Positions 56,210-64,000 of a stretch of DNA of 64,000 nucleotides are shown here, one piece after another (position 1 is the first letter of the stretch; the number at the start of each line of letters is the position of its first letter). The position numbers and the translations under genes were made by a program. The stretch is from an uncultured Lentisphaerales bacterium (GTDB lineage: Bacteria > Verrucomicrobiota > Kiritimatiellia > RFP12 > JAAYLN01), in the NCBI GenBank assembly GCA_964592855.1, contig CAZQKI010000002.1:4356-68355 (forward strand). The letters run 5' to 3'. The notes under the pieces are model-generated. The model was not told the origin of the DNA. It was given only the letters and a program-made list of their open reading frames with translations, and searched no databases.

Positions 56210-57034
56210 TTACGACTGGCAGCATGGACAGAAGTGCGTGCCGCGCTGGGCGACGACGGACCGCGCGAGAATCGTCCGGCAGCGGGGACAGGGTTGACCG
56301 TCGCGGCGGAAGACGTTGAGATGACCCGCATGTCGCCCGCGGTGTCCGGGCACGCTGTAGAAGTTGGTCTGGCCGCTGCCGAGCGTCGTTCCGGAATGCC
56401 GGACCGCCGCTGCCAGAACCTGGCGGATGGCCCGATGCAGCGCTTTCAGTTCCTGAGGCGTCAGACTGCCCGCCGGTCGCTCCGGGTGGATTCCGGCGAG
56501 CCAGAGCGATTCGTCCACGTAGATGTTGCCCAGCCCCGCCACGACGGTCTGATCCAGCAGCACGGGCTTGATCTTTCGCTTGTGGCGGTCGAGCCGGGCT
56601 TTGAAGCAGGCCAGCGTGAAAGACGCTTCGAGCGGCTCGGGACCCAAGGGCGCCAGCGGATTCACGGTTGGCGAGCAGAGGACGAACCGCCCGAATTTGC
56701 GCGTGTCGTTGTAGACGAGGCGGCGCTGGTCGGTGAAGGTGATGACCACGTGGTCGTGCTTGCCGACCGGCGTGGCGGCGTCGATGAAGTGGAGTTTGCC
56801 GGTCATGCGCAGATGCACCAGCACGCGGGCGCCGTCGTCGAGGTCGAGCACGATGTATTTGGCCCGCCGTCCCACCTGCGCCACGCTGCGCCCGGTCAGT
56901 GCCTGCAGCAGCGCCCGGGGTTTCGCCCCGAAGATCTGCGGACACCGAAGGTCGATCGCGATGATCTGTGCGCCCACGAGCCCATGCGCGATCAGTCCGC
57001 GGACAACAGTTTCCACTTCCGGCAATTCAGGCAT
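56210..57034 (-). CDS. mutM: Formamidopyrimidine-DNA glycosylase
   Basis: MPELPEVETV N-terminus with catalytic Pro2/Glu3, H2TH domain, C-terminal zinc finger CPRC...CPCC. Only the last 274 codons of the listed 740-aa ORF. Confidence 0.9.
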   Translation of the reverse strand: MPELPEVETVVRGLIAHGLVGAQIIAIDLRCPQIFGAKPRALLQALTGRSVAQVGRRAKYIVLDLDDGARVLVHLRMTGKLHFIDAATPVGKHDHVVITFTDQRRLVYNDTRKFGRFVLCSPTVNPLAPLGPEPLEASFTLACFKARLDRHKRKIKPVLLDQTVVAGLGNIYVDESLWLAGIHPERPAGSLTPQELKALHRAIRQVLAAAVRHSGTTLGSGQTNFYSVPGHRGRHAGHLNVFRRDGQPCPRCRTILARSVVAQRGTHFCPCCQS

Positions 57035-57114
57035 GCGGTAAATCTCCCGTTCAGCGGTTGCGGGTACATGAATCTGGAACGATGGAAAGCAGGTGAGCAG
57101 GCGGGGCCGCCGGC

Positions 57115-58383
57115 CTATTCCCATTCGATCGTGGAAGGCGGCTTGTTCGTGATGTCGTAGACGACGCGGTTGACGCCCTTGACCTTCGTTGCGATCTCCC
57201 CGGCCACCTCGATCAGGAACTCGATGGGCAGGGGAACGACCTTGGCTGTCATGAAGTCGGGCGTCTGGATGGCCCGCAGGCAGATGACATAGCCGTAGGT
57301 GCGCGCGTGGTCGGCGACACCGACGGTCTGGACATTGGTCAGCACGGCGAAGAACTGGCTGGACTGCGCCGCATAGCCCTTGTCGTCCATGGCTTGGCGG
57401 AACAGGGCGTCGGCCTCGCGGAGGATGTCGAGTTTGTCCTTGGTCAATTCGCCCAGGCAGCGCACGCCGAGCCCGGGGCCGGGGAAGGGCTGGCGATTCG
57501 TGATGATGGCGGGGATTCCGAGGCACTCGCCGACTTTGCGCACCTCGTCCTTGAAAAGGTATTTGACCGGTTCGACGATCCCTTTGAATGCGATCCGTTC
57601 GGGAAGTCCGCCGACATTGTGGTGCGCCTTGACGGGTTTTCCGCCGTCCCAGCCGCTTTCGATGATGTCGGGATAGATCGTGCCCTGGACGAAGTAGTCG
57701 AGTTCGCCCAGCTTGCCGGCCTCTTCCTCGAAGACGCGGATGAACGCCTCGCCAATGGTCTTGCGCTTGGCTTCGGGGTCGGTCACGCCGGCCAGTTTGG
57801 CCAGAAAGCGGGCTTCGGCGTCGATCACCACGAGGTTGATGCCGAACTGGTTGCGGAAGATATCGACAACTTGCCGGGGTTCGTCCTTGCGCATGCAGCC
57901 GTGGTCGACGAAAACACAGGTGAGCTGCTTGCCGACGGCACGATGGAGCAGAACGGCGCAGACGGAGGAATCGATGCCGCCGGACATGGCGAGCAGCACC
58001 TGTCTGTCGCCGATTTGCGCGCGGAGGTCGACAATGGTCTCGTCGATGAAGCGCTGGATGGTCCAGTCCTGCTTGAATCCGCACGTGCAGACCAGGAAGG
58101 TCTTGAGTGTTGCGGCATCGCAGGCCGCGTGCAGCAGGTCCAGAACCGGGAGAGCCAGCTGGGCGATGTCGGCGGATGCTTCGCGTTTCAGGGTACGTTC
58201 GCCCGCGGCCGCTCCACGCTGGAGGATGAGCGCCTTGGGATTCAACTTCCGGATGCGTTCCAGTGTGGCGGTATAGGGAAGCACCTCGCAATAGATGTTG
58301 AGTTGGCGGACGGCTTTGGCTGCCATCTGGGCGTTGATGGCGCCAAAATCGAGGATGACAACGGTGTCGTGCTGCTTGGACAT
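57115..58383 (-). CDS. guaA: GMP synthase, ATP-pyrophosphatase/dimerisation domains intact, N-terminal glutaminase domain shortened and degenerate
   Basis: PP-loop AMSGGIDSSV, GMP synthase C-terminal domain ending ...VVYDITNKPPSTIEWE. The N-terminus starts like a class I GATase (VVILDFGAINAQ...LNPKALIL) but is ~100 aa shorter than E. coli GuaA and lacks the GxCxGxQ catalytic Cys motif. Confidence 0.75.
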   Translation of the reverse strand: MSKQHDTVVILDFGAINAQMAAKAVRQLNIYCEVLPYTATLERIRKLNPKALILQRGAAAGERTLKREASADIAQLALPVLDLLHAACDAATLKTFLVCTCGFKQDWTIQRFIDETIVDLRAQIGDRQVLLAMSGGIDSSVCAVLLHRAVGKQLTCVFVDHGCMRKDEPRQVVDIFRNQFGINLVVIDAEARFLAKLAGVTDPEAKRKTIGEAFIRVFEEEAGKLGELDYFVQGTIYPDIIESGWDGGKPVKAHHNVGGLPERIAFKGIVEPVKYLFKDEVRKVGECLGIPAIITNRQPFPGPGLGVRCLGELTKDKLDILREADALFRQAMDDKGYAAQSSQFFAVLTNVQTVGVADHARTYGYVICLRAIQTPDFMTAKVVPLPIEFLIEVAGEIATKVKGVNRVVYDITNKPPSTIEWE

Positions 58384-58509
58384 GGAATTGACCTCTTTGA
58401 TTTCGATTCGTTACCAGGTGCCCGGTTCGCATGATCGGGACCAGGACGTTTCTTAAAATCGCATCTTACTGATTGTCATGCTGCCACGACAAGCAAAATG
58501 GCCATGCGC

Positions 58510-58529
58510 TTGATCATTGATCATTGACC
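58510..58529. repeat. Tandem TTGATCA heptamer x2 followed by TTGACC
   Basis: ttgatca ttgatca ttgacc in the divergent guaA / SHD1-protein intergenic region; palindromic TGATCA cores. Confidence 0.5.
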
Positions 58530-58758
58530 GATGTCCGTAGCGCCGATCTCCGAATCGGTGCAGCGCGGAGGACCCGCGCTAAAATGAAGATCCGGGCGTA
58601 TTCCATCCCTCCTCTTCTCGGCAAGTTGCACTTGTGGCGGATTCGGACTAAACTATCCGACATGACTTCTCGGAGTGATCCATGCACGCGTTGGAAGTGC
58701 GTGTAAGCAACGAGGAAAGTGGAATGCTGAACGGTTTACAGGGGAGGGGGAGGGGAAG

Positions 58759-59457
58759 ATGAATCTCGACAGGTTGAGCATGGTGGCTGTGGGTTTGATG
58801 CTGGCGGGTATCGCTTGGGCCGGGGACCCACCCAAGTCGGCCGACCTTGCCGCGGCCCTGGCGCAGGCCAAGACCGAAGACAAATTGCTTTTTGTCCAAT
58901 ACGGACGGGAGGCCTGCGGAAACTGTCAGGCGCTCAAGGGGATGATCCGGAGCAAGCAGGTGAAGCTGTCGGAGAAGGACTTTGTCTATGCGGATCTCAA
59001 TTGCGACGACGCCGCCACTTCACTTGCTTTCAGAAAGTCGTTCAAAGTCGAGGGGAACATGCTCCCCTTCGTCGTGATCGCCGATCCCGACGGCAAGCAG
59101 TTGGCATCACGGGCGGGCTACGGCGATGCCGAAACATTCGAGGACTTGGTCAAGGAAACCCGGCGTGCCTATGACAAATCCCGGAAAGCTCTCGCCGAAC
59201 CCCGGACACTTTTGCGTCCCTCCACATCGAGCCTTGCCGATACGGGCATCGCCAAGGCTGATGACCGCGAGGTGCGTGTCTGGACGGCGACCAGCGGCGA
59301 CCAGGTGACCGCCAGGCTCATCGAATTGCGCGAGGGGATGGTGCATCTCCAGAAGGACGACGGGAACCCGCTCCGGATCCGTCCGCAATCGCTGAGCAAG
59401 GGCGACCAGGACTACTTGGCGGAACTGCGCAAGCCGGTTGCGGCTCAGGTCAAGTAG
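58759..59457 (+). CDS. Secreted thioredoxin-like protein with C-terminal SHD1 (SLA1 homology) domain
   Basis: Signal peptide MNLDRLSMVAVGLMLAGIAWAG, CGNC (CxxC) thioredoxin-fold motif, C-terminal REVRVWTATSGDQVTARLIELREGMVHLQKDDGNPLRIRPQSLSKGDQDYL matching the SHD1 domain. G-rich RBS upstream. Confidence 0.6.
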   Translation: MNLDRLSMVAVGLMLAGIAWAGDPPKSADLAAALAQAKTEDKLLFVQYGREACGNCQALKGMIRSKQVKLSEKDFVYADLNCDDAATSLAFRKSFKVEGNMLPFVVIADPDGKQLASRAGYGDAETFEDLVKETRRAYDKSRKALAEPRTLLRPSTSSLADTGIAKADDREVRVWTATSGDQVTARLIELREGMVHLQKDDGNPLRIRPQSLSKGDQDYLAELRKPVAAQVK

Positions 59458-59489
59458 TCTATAGAGTTTGAAGCGCACCCCCTGCGCGC

Positions 59490-61535
59490 CTATTCTTCGT
59501 AGCGTCTGACGTTCGCCGTCGCCGCCTTGTTGTCTGAAGTGAAGACGACCTCGTCGATGTTCAGGCCGGGACGGTTGGAAATGAGGGTGCGTTCCCCCGC
59601 GATTTCGACGTCGATGACCGTGGCGCACATCTTGTCGATGCGCTTCACGTTGACGCGGAGCATGAAGGGCTTGTCCATCACGTCGACGTTCTCGATGCAG
59701 AAGTTGTGGCCGTTGAAGTGGAGTCCGTTGTCCTCCGAGGCGCGGAGCCACCAGCAAAGGTTGTCCTTCTGGTCCACCTCCGCGATGGCCTCGCGGACGG
59801 TCATCAGCGTGCGCCAGAACAGTCCGGGCGCGGAGGGGCAAGGCGCGAACTGCGCGCGCTTCCCGCCGAAGTTGAGTTGGAACTCGCAGGACTCCCCGGG
59901 GTTCGTCTTGTCGATGAAGCGCATCGCGAAATGCGCTTGGCCCTTGCCGGGGTCGATCTGAATCTCGTAGTAGCGCGACGCTCTGGACGGAAAGGGCTCG
60001 GTGTAGATTTCGCCCCTCTTGAAGGTCATCGTTTCCGTTCCCTCGACGGGTCGCTCGTGCGAGGGCAGAAGTTCGGCGGGCCATTTCATGCCGAGACGTC
60101 CGCCTTTGTGGAAGGTGAGTTCGCGGAGGATGAGGCAACTGCCCCAGCCGATGCCCTTCAGCCAGCCGCCGATCAGGCGGCGGTTGTCGTGATACGGGGC
60201 GACCATCGGGACGGCGAGGCCGTCGTAGATATCGTAGCCCTCGGCGGCGGAGTTCTCGTAAGACCCGTCTCCCGTCGCGGTCCAGAAGCCGGTAACGCCC
60301 ATGATGAGAAAACGGTGGCCGTTCCACAAGAAGAACGATGGGCACTCGCAGGAATTGCGCATGGGCTCCAGGATGCCGTCGCGCGGGAAGTTCGGGTCGA
60401 GCAGTTTCCAGGGTGACTCGATGTTCGCGGCGCGCCAGGTGCCCTCGCCGCAGTAGAGGTTGATCGATCCGTCGGGATTCGTGTAGACGCTCGGGTTCCA
60501 AGCGTCGTGGATGAACCTGTGCGAGTGCTTGAAGTGCACGCCATCGCTGCTGTACAGGTAGCTCGCGCCCAGGGGAGGAAGGTCAGGGTAGTCTCTCTCG
60601 TCGAGGATACCCATCTCGCCGGTGGCCTTGTACTTTTCCTGAATCGTTCCGATGAGCGTGCGCTCGACCGGGACGACGCGGTCGGTGTGCCAGCCGAAGG
60701 CGAAGATATACTTGCCCTGGTTGTAGCACATCGTGCCGGTGCCGAACGACTGCCAGGGCTCGGTGAGTTCCTGCATCGGACCGTGGTCTGTCCAGTTCAC
60801 GAGGTCGGCCGTGTTGAGGTGGCAGAAGGTGTGCGCGCCCATGCCCCAGCGGCTGCCGTGGTGGCGGCGGTCGTGAAGGTACATCACGTGAAAGACGCCG
60901 TCGTGGTAGAAGCTCACGAAGTCGCCGGCCCAACTGTTGTAACCGTGCGGCATGTAGTACTGGAACGAGGTGTCGAGCTTCTCGGTAACCTTGCGGCGCG
61001 TGATATGCACGGTGTCCGTTGCGACTTCGAGCCCGGCGAGCGTGGCAGTGTCCGCGTCGATTGTGCCGGCAAGCGGGTCGAGCTCGCCGACAGGGAGGTT
61101 CTCGTCCTGAATATCGCCGTCAATCAGGATCTGGAAGCGCAACCCGGTGTAGACGATGGCGATTTCGCGCTTCGCCCAGTTCGTGCCGAGGAGCGGCAGG
61201 GGGATGCCGATGCAGAGGTGGCGCCAGGTCGGGCGGTCGGCGTAACTGACTCGGATTTCCGCTTCAATGAGCTGGCGTCCGCCCCTGTCGTCTGTGAACG
61301 AAGTGTAATTGGCGAGTTGGTCGTCCACTGGGACGGACTTGTATCCCCCCTTGAGGTAGCGTGTGCTGATGCGGAACTGACCGGGGTATTCGAGGAGCGT
61401 CGTGCCGGCGTCGGTCGTCGGATACTTGCCGAGCTTGAAGCGGAACACGAAGCCGTTGCGAATGTCCGCCGCTAACAGGTCGGTGCCGAAGGACATCTTG
61501 CGGAAGTTGTAGCGGTATAGATCTCTTGTGATCAT
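59490..61535 (-). CDS. Glycoside hydrolase, 5-bladed beta-propeller type (GH32/GH43-like) with C-terminal domain
   Basis: NSCECPSFFLW (GH32 EC motif), FPRDG (RDP-like motif), HGYNSWAGDF...YHDGVFHVMYLHD N-terminal propeller blade. No signal peptide. Start at MITRDLYRY. Confidence 0.5.
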   Translation of the reverse strand: MITRDLYRYNFRKMSFGTDLLAADIRNGFVFRFKLGKYPTTDAGTTLLEYPGQFRISTRYLKGGYKSVPVDDQLANYTSFTDDRGGRQLIEAEIRVSYADRPTWRHLCIGIPLPLLGTNWAKREIAIVYTGLRFQILIDGDIQDENLPVGELDPLAGTIDADTATLAGLEVATDTVHITRRKVTEKLDTSFQYYMPHGYNSWAGDFVSFYHDGVFHVMYLHDRRHHGSRWGMGAHTFCHLNTADLVNWTDHGPMQELTEPWQSFGTGTMCYNQGKYIFAFGWHTDRVVPVERTLIGTIQEKYKATGEMGILDERDYPDLPPLGASYLYSSDGVHFKHSHRFIHDAWNPSVYTNPDGSINLYCGEGTWRAANIESPWKLLDPNFPRDGILEPMRNSCECPSFFLWNGHRFLIMGVTGFWTATGDGSYENSAAEGYDIYDGLAVPMVAPYHDNRRLIGGWLKGIGWGSCLILRELTFHKGGRLGMKWPAELLPSHERPVEGTETMTFKRGEIYTEPFPSRASRYYEIQIDPGKGQAHFAMRFIDKTNPGESCEFQLNFGGKRAQFAPCPSAPGLFWRTLMTVREAIAEVDQKDNLCWWLRASEDNGLHFNGHNFCIENVDVMDKPFMLRVNVKRIDKMCATVIDVEIAGERTLISNRPGLNIDEVVFTSDNKAATANVRRYEE

Positions 61536-61802
61536 GAAAACGAGTGCCTTGCGGCAGTTTTCCAATACGCTTCACGGGGAATCCATTCATGATGCCGAGG
61601 CGTTTGATGGATACACATTGATCATCAAGATAGCGCGGCTGGCGGCGGGTGGCAAGGACGGAAGATGAATCGTCATGCAGACTCATTGAAATCACATGCT
61701 GTTCTCACATGCCCGTAATCGAAAGACGCCATCCTGTGCCCCATGAGCGACGTTGAAGGCGATGCGGGCGAGCTGGAGCTCACCGCTGATGAAAGGACTG
61801 AT

Positions 61803-62648
61803 ATGGCCTGCATGAATTACACCGCCCCGTATTCCGGACCGCTGAAGCTCGCGGTGCTGGATCTGGCTGGAACCGTGGTTGATTATGGCAGCCTGGCGCC
61901 GACGGGGGCTTTTATCGAGCTGTTCGCGCGACACGGCATCGCCCTCGCGAACGCGGAAGTCCGCGGTCCGATGGGCATGCACAAACGCGATCATATCGCC
62001 GCGCTCTGCGACCTGCCGGACGTGCAAAAGGCTTGGCGCGAATGCCACGGGCGCGCAATCACCGGAGACGACATCGACAAGCTCTATGCCGACTTCATTC
62101 CGCTGCAACTCGAAACACTGTCCCAGTATGCCGAGCCCGTCCCCGGCGCGGCAGCGGCGATCGCTGCACTCCGCGCGCGCGGCCTCCTCATCGGCTTCAC
62201 GACGGGCTATTCGCGCGAGATGACCAACGTCGTGCTGGCCGCAGCGGCTGCGCGAGGGCTGGTTGCCGATGTCGTCGTCTGTGCGACGGAGGTGCCGGCC
62301 GGGCGGCCCGCACCCTGGATGGCCATGGCGTGCGCGCAGCAGACCGGCGTGTACCCGCCGGCTGCCTGCATCAAGTTCGGAGACACCCTGGTGGACATCG
62401 GCGAAGGACGCCATGCCGGCATGTGGAGCGTCGGCGCCGCCGTCACCGGCAACATGGCCGGCTGTTCGCAAGCCGAATGGGAGTCGCTGCCGGCCGACCG
62501 GCAGCAGGCAATTCGCGAATCCGCCAGAGAGGCGTTCCTGGGCGTTGGTGCGCATGCCGTCCTGGACGGCATCGCCGATCTGCCGGACCTTGTGGACGCC
62601 ATCAATGTTTACATGAAGAAGGGGGGTGCTCCCGATATTGTCGCCTAA
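61803..62648 (+). CDS. phnX: Phosphonoacetaldehyde hydrolase (phosphonatase)
   Basis: Strong resemblance to PhnX: LKLAVLDLAGTVVDYGSLAPTGAFIELF (DxAGT HAD motif I), RGPMGMHKRDHIAAL with Schiff-base Lys, GFTTGYSREM, AGRPAPWMA. Start could be 61743, 61803 or 61812. Confidence 0.8.
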   Translation: MACMNYTAPYSGPLKLAVLDLAGTVVDYGSLAPTGAFIELFARHGIALANAEVRGPMGMHKRDHIAALCDLPDVQKAWRECHGRAITGDDIDKLYADFIPLQLETLSQYAEPVPGAAAAIAALRARGLLIGFTTGYSREMTNVVLAAAAARGLVADVVVCATEVPAGRPAPWMAMACAQQTGVYPPAACIKFGDTLVDIGEGRHAGMWSVGAAVTGNMAGCSQAEWESLPADRQQAIRESAREAFLGVGAHAVLDGIADLPDLVDAINVYMKKGGAPDIVA

Positions 62649-62744
62649 CCACATGCACGCGCTTGAAGGCGGTCTTCCGCCGATAAATATTTTTTGGAAT
62701 CACCCTCGCATTAATTCACGCACAAGGAAAGGAACCGTTCAATC

Positions 62745-63764
62745 ATGAAGAAATATCCATTGGCACTTGTAACCGCAGCTGTTGGTCTCGCGCTGACGGC
62801 GCGGACATCCGCCGCCGAAATCACGGTCTATACGGCGTTGGAGGACGACGAACTGGCGGTCTATGTACCGGCCTTTGAAAAGGCACATCCCGACATCAAG
62901 CTGAGCATCATCCGCGACTCGACCGGCATCATCACCGCCCGTATCCTGGCTGAGCGGGAGAATCCCGTGGCGGACGCCATCTGGGGCACGGCGGTCACCA
63001 GCCTGCTGGTTTGCGATGAACTCGGCATGCTGGCGCCGTACAACCCTCAGGGCATCGAAAAGGTCCGCAAGAGCATGAAGGATGCGGCGAACAGCACCGC
63101 ACATTGGGTCGGCATCAAGGCCTGGGAGACCGGCATTGTCGGCAACACGATCGAGATGAAGGCCAAGGGGCTGGCGATGCCGGCATCCTACGCCGATCTG
63201 GTCAAGCCGGAATACCGCGGCATGCTGGTGATGCCCAATCCGGCCTCCTCCGGCACGGGCTTTCTGACTGTCTCGGCCATTCTGCAGTTGATGGGCGAGG
63301 AGAAAGGCTGGGCCTATCTCGACCGGTTGCACGAGAATATGGCGCTGTATACACACTCCGGATCGGCCCCCGCAAAAATGGCCGGCAAGGGCGAATTCCC
63401 GATCGGCATTTCGTTCGCCTACCGGGGGTTCAAGCAGCGGGCGGCGGGCGAACCGGTGACCGTCGTGTTCCCCAGCGAGGGATCGGGATACGACATCGAA
63501 GCGAACGCGCTGATCCGCAAAACGCGCATCAAGCCGGAGGCGAATGTCTTTCTCGACTGGGCCATCAGCGATGCAGCGATGATGCTTTACGCAAAGGTCT
63601 ATCCGAACGTTGCGACGGATGTCGCGGTGCCGGTGCCCGAGGGCTGGCCGAAGGATCCGATGTCGGTTCTGATCAAGAACGATTTGATCTGGGCGGCAAA
63701 GAACCGGCAGCGCATTCTGGAGGAGTGGACCCGCCGCTACGACGGCAAGAGTCAGAAACGGTAA
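62745..63764 (+). CDS. phnS: 2-aminoethylphosphonate ABC transporter substrate-binding protein
   Basis: Signal peptide [24 protein letters not shown]. Periplasmic iron/AEP-binding family pattern ([18 protein letters not shown]). Context next to phnX and a downstream ABC ATPase. Confidence 0.65.
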   Translation: MKKYPLALVTAAVGLALTARTSAAEITVYTALEDDELAVYVPAFEKAHPDIKLSIIRDSTGIITARILAERENPVADAIWGTAVTSLLVCDELGMLAPYNPQGIEKVRKSMKDAANSTAHWVGIKAWETGIVGNTIEMKAKGLAMPASYADLVKPEYRGMLVMPNPASSGTGFLTVSAILQLMGEEKGWAYLDRLHENMALYTHSGSAPAKMAGKGEFPIGISFAYRGFKQRAAGEPVTVVFPSEGSGYDIEANALIRKTRIKPEANVFLDWAISDAAMMLYAKVYPNVATDVAVPVPEGWPKDPMSVLIKNDLIWAAKNRQRILEEWTRRYDGKSQKR

Positions 63765-63828
63765 ACTTCCGGCGCGGAGGCCGCCGTCATCGGACGGCGG
63801 TTCTCGGCGCCAGCTTGCAGGAACCTCA

Positions 63829-64000
63829 TCATGAGCCATCGATCAGCCGGTCAACACGAGCCGCTTCGGGACTTCTTTATGGAAGTCCGCAACGTGAACA
63901 AGCATTTCGGCGCGTTTTCGGCCTTGAGCGACGTCAGCCTGGGTGTGAGGCGCGGCGAATTCGTCTCGGTGCTCGGCCCCAGCGGCTGCGGCAAGACGAC
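63829..64000 (+). CDS. ABC transporter ATP-binding protein (PhnT-like), 5' fragment
   Basis: [57 protein letters not shown] with Walker A; truncated by window end. Confidence 0.7.

Noticed and set aside
56210-58432. 740-aa minus-strand ORF
   Set aside because: Only the last 274 codons encode MutM, starting at the canonical MPELPEVE. The rest runs antisense through guaA.
62664-62696. Rho-independent terminator after phnX (GGCGGtcttCCGCC ... TTTTTT)
   Set aside because: There are 9 nt between the stem and the T-run, and the stem is only 5 bp. Too weak to annotate as a feature.

Overview
High-GC (roughly 60-65%) bacterial chromosomal window, gene-dense, mostly housekeeping. The prepilin-like N-terminal methylation domains, an SHD1-domain secreted protein and the sugar-epimerase / Gfo-Idh-MocA pairs suggest a Verrucomicrobia/Planctomycetes-like lineage; this is inference only. 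Main blocks, 5' to 3': a partial minus-strand gene missed by the ORF track, a fused accD-accA, a biotin-domain carboxyltransferase, galE, a type IV pilus / T2SS-like cluster (pseudopilin, secretin, PilM-PilN fusion, PilO, PilP-like, PilB/GspE), rpmH-rnpA-yidD-yidC, mreBCD-mrdA-rodA-rng, lptD, a lone GspG-like pseudopilin, ugd, a glycyl-radical enzyme, hisD, a GNAT-ACT-UPF0210-CDF operon, mutM, guaA, and the start of a phosphonatase (phnX-phnSTUV) locus. Most long ORFs in the six-frame track are antisense artefacts of high GC and were discarded. The least ordinary content is non-coding: an ~870 bp intergenic region at 22.2-23.1 kb packed with a tandem heptamer, a palindromic MITE-like element with flanking direct repeats and a nested inverted-repeat structure; a REP-like composite repeat family present at two distant loci (9.2-9.8 kb and 45.6-45.7 kb); and a repeat-rich leader upstream of hisD. 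Coding oddities: a PD-(D/E)xK-motif hypothetical protein, a GMP synthase with a degenerate glutaminase domain, a GRE with no adjacent activase, and a HAD + giant membrane protein operon. No CRISPR array, integrase/transposase or clear defence island was seen.
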